A DNA stretch of 64,000 bases. It comes from Harriotta raleighana. Its lineage: Eukaryota. The notes beneath the pieces were generated by a model that was not told the origin of the DNA, did no database searches, and saw only the letters and a list, made by a program, of their open reading frames with translations. Below are positions 61,925-64,000 of this stretch, piece by piece. The stretch lies in NCBI GenBank assembly GCA_050575255.1, contig JBNZDD010013499.1, forward strand, positions 310,001 through 374,000, read 5' to 3'. The translations under genes and the position numbers were made by a program. Position 1 is the first letter of the stretch; each line of letters starts with the position of its first letter.

Positions 61925-64000
61925 TGCTCTGCCAGTGCTATTACGAGCTTCAGAAAATCCTCCCAACATGAAAGTTGCTATTTAACAGTTGTATTGTGTT
62001 TCCTAATTTAGGAGAATATTGTTGCCTCCCACACACCCCCTCCCTATACACCTACAACATGACTTATACTCTTTGACATCTCATTGGGTAATTGCACTAA
62101 CCTCATGCAAGACCGGAGACTCCATTAATCTGTTCAGAGTCCCTGCAGATAGGAATGTCAGGTTTTATTTGCGTCAATCTTTATTCAGTGACACCCACCC
62201 ACCTGTAAAGCTGTGAAGCGTAAATTGTGTGAGAGCTGATGAGAATTGGCTGTGATGCCATCCTCATCGCTGAGCAATCAATCACTAGACTCGCTTATAA
62301 AGAGCAGCCATTTGGGCAAGGTACCAGAGAGTTGTTTCTTGTCTGGCCTTGGCAAGAATTAGGTGAGGGACTTGGGCAGAGGGGAGGAGGAGGGGGGGAG
62401 GGAACAGAGAGAAGTCATCACTTGTCAGTTTCTAAAGGGTTACTAATTGGTGCTGTTATTAGCATGTGGCAGGGACAGACACAGAAACATCTGCTTCCAG
62501 GCACTTAAGGAATAGAGGTCACGATAAAAACTGACTGCCAGAGCACTTGAGGGAACACAGATAAAAATAATTTTCCCAAGATTAGGGTTTTGATGCTATT
62601 AAAAGATTTCAAACTGCAATGAGACTAGTTTGGAAATATATACTGTATATATAGACATATACTGTATATTTATATTGAATAAAATGTTGTTTATTAACCA
62701 GTCTTCACCCTTTTACTTCCACCACACTCTCTCTTTTTTCACGTCTATCAGTCTCCGACGCAAAAAGCAGTGCCTTCTCACTAATGGGGTAGCAAGCTGT
62801 AGGGATGATTTAGCATTTAGTGTTGTGTCTGAGAGCATAATTATGCTGTCAGAAACATATGGGGAATTTGGGCTTAAATGTTCATTGCTTTGCCACCTCG
62901 TCTTGTAACCTCGTCACTCCATACCATTGGCACAGTTCAAAAAGCAGCAATAACGTCAATTTGCATCAATCATTTGATTAACAAAAACCCCTTTCAGCTT
63001 TTTATTTACTCCAGATATGTTCGGGCAAGAACATTTGACTTTTGGGTATGAACCCAGCACAGGCTACTTACTGAGAATGAGTATTGAGTAATTTGAATCC
63101 AGTTCCAGGTTCCTAAATCCAAATCCAATCTGCTCCGTGTCTCCCCACCTGATCCCCCCTACCATCGGCAGACGTCGCTTTCAGCCTCTCTGCCCCCACA
63201 CTCTGGAACTCCAGCACACAGTCCCTTTGCCTCACTCCTTCCCTCTCCTCCTTCAAGGCCAGCCTCAAGACCTTCCTCTTCGACCGCATCTTCTGTTGCC
63301 CTCCCAACTCCCTCCCTCCCCTCCTAACTCTCTTCCGCCACTCCCCACTGCCCCTCTCCCTTGCTTGGATCCTCTCCTGAAGGTTCAGCGCCTTGGGACG
63401 TCCTCTCAATGTGAAAGGCGCTCTATAAGTCTAATTTTTTTTTGTTATTGCTAGTTGATCCACCGAATATCATAAAACTGTCTAAAGCAGTTGGGCAATT
63501 TTACTCGGCGAGGCTGTGTAAAGATCGATAGTGTGAATTATGTATTGAAGTAGGCTGTGCACTGGTTTTAGTCTCTGTCCATATCATCAGCAGCTCCGCG
63601 GAGCAGTGAAAGGCTCAGAGACTGAATAAAAATCCATGGGCCCATCTAGTTCTTTTCCAGTTAACTATTTGATGTGGGTGCGTGGAAAGAAAGATGTAGT
63701 GTTTTGGACTGTTGTGTGTAAAGCCCTTAGTCTACCTGGTGCTAAATTAATATCTCTGAACCTTTCGCACCTCTCCATCCCAAATTCGAAGGGTCAGAAA
63801 TTTTACAAAACAAACAATTTATATCAACAGATGGGAACTGTTAGCTGGGGATTGTTTTGAAGAGAAACAAACATTAGGTAGGAGTGTGAGAGATGGGGAT
63901 AGGGATTGTGTAGGAGCGAGAGAGACTGGGATAGGCTGACACCTGTAACACGTTAAAATGTCACCTGGAGTATATTTAGACGCAGTTAGAATATCATCCC

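Noticed and set aside
62240-62330. TATA/CCAAT-like promoter (ATTGG...TATAAA) on the + strand
   Set aside because: no downstream exon or CpG island identified in the window; such short motifs are common by chance
1-64000. CRISPR arrays, operons or prokaryotic defence systems
   Set aside because: sequence is clearly intron-containing vertebrate DNA; recurring motifs are dispersed SINE/LINE copies, not regularly spaced repeats

Overview
Eukaryotic (vertebrate) genomic DNA. The repeat content (tRNA-derived SINEs, DeuSINE-like, L2 and CR1 LINE fragments, Penelope-type palindromes) suggests a cartilaginous fish such as a chimaera; this is inference. Two intron-containing genes lie tail-to-tail. 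The last 8 coding exons of EIF4A3 (exon-junction-complex DEAD-box helicase) are on the + strand at 135-5460. A complete ATL2 (atlastin-2, ER-fusion GTPase) is on the - strand, from ATG 45209 to alternative stops at 10034 and 9378, with a CpG-island promoter near 45.2-45.4 kb. I reconstructed all exons by hand from GT-AG boundaries and reading-frame phase. The most interesting signal is a modular splicing system at both ends of ATL2. It comprises two alternative terminal exons, a 15-nt microexon with an SRRM4-type UGC motif, a candidate third terminal exon whose acceptor sits inside an 11-bp RNA stem, and two in-frame phase-1 cassette exons in intron 1 that would lengthen the N-terminal hypervariable region. 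Other notable items are a palindrome with a degenerate minimal hammerhead core next to the ATL2 promoter, a candidate solo LTR, a Tigger/pogo-like MITE and several N-associated duplications that are probably assembly artefacts. 46-64 kb is repeat-rich intergenic DNA with no confident gene. Most of the supplied ORF track is noise. Repeat boundaries are approximate and family names come from remembered motifs, not from a search.
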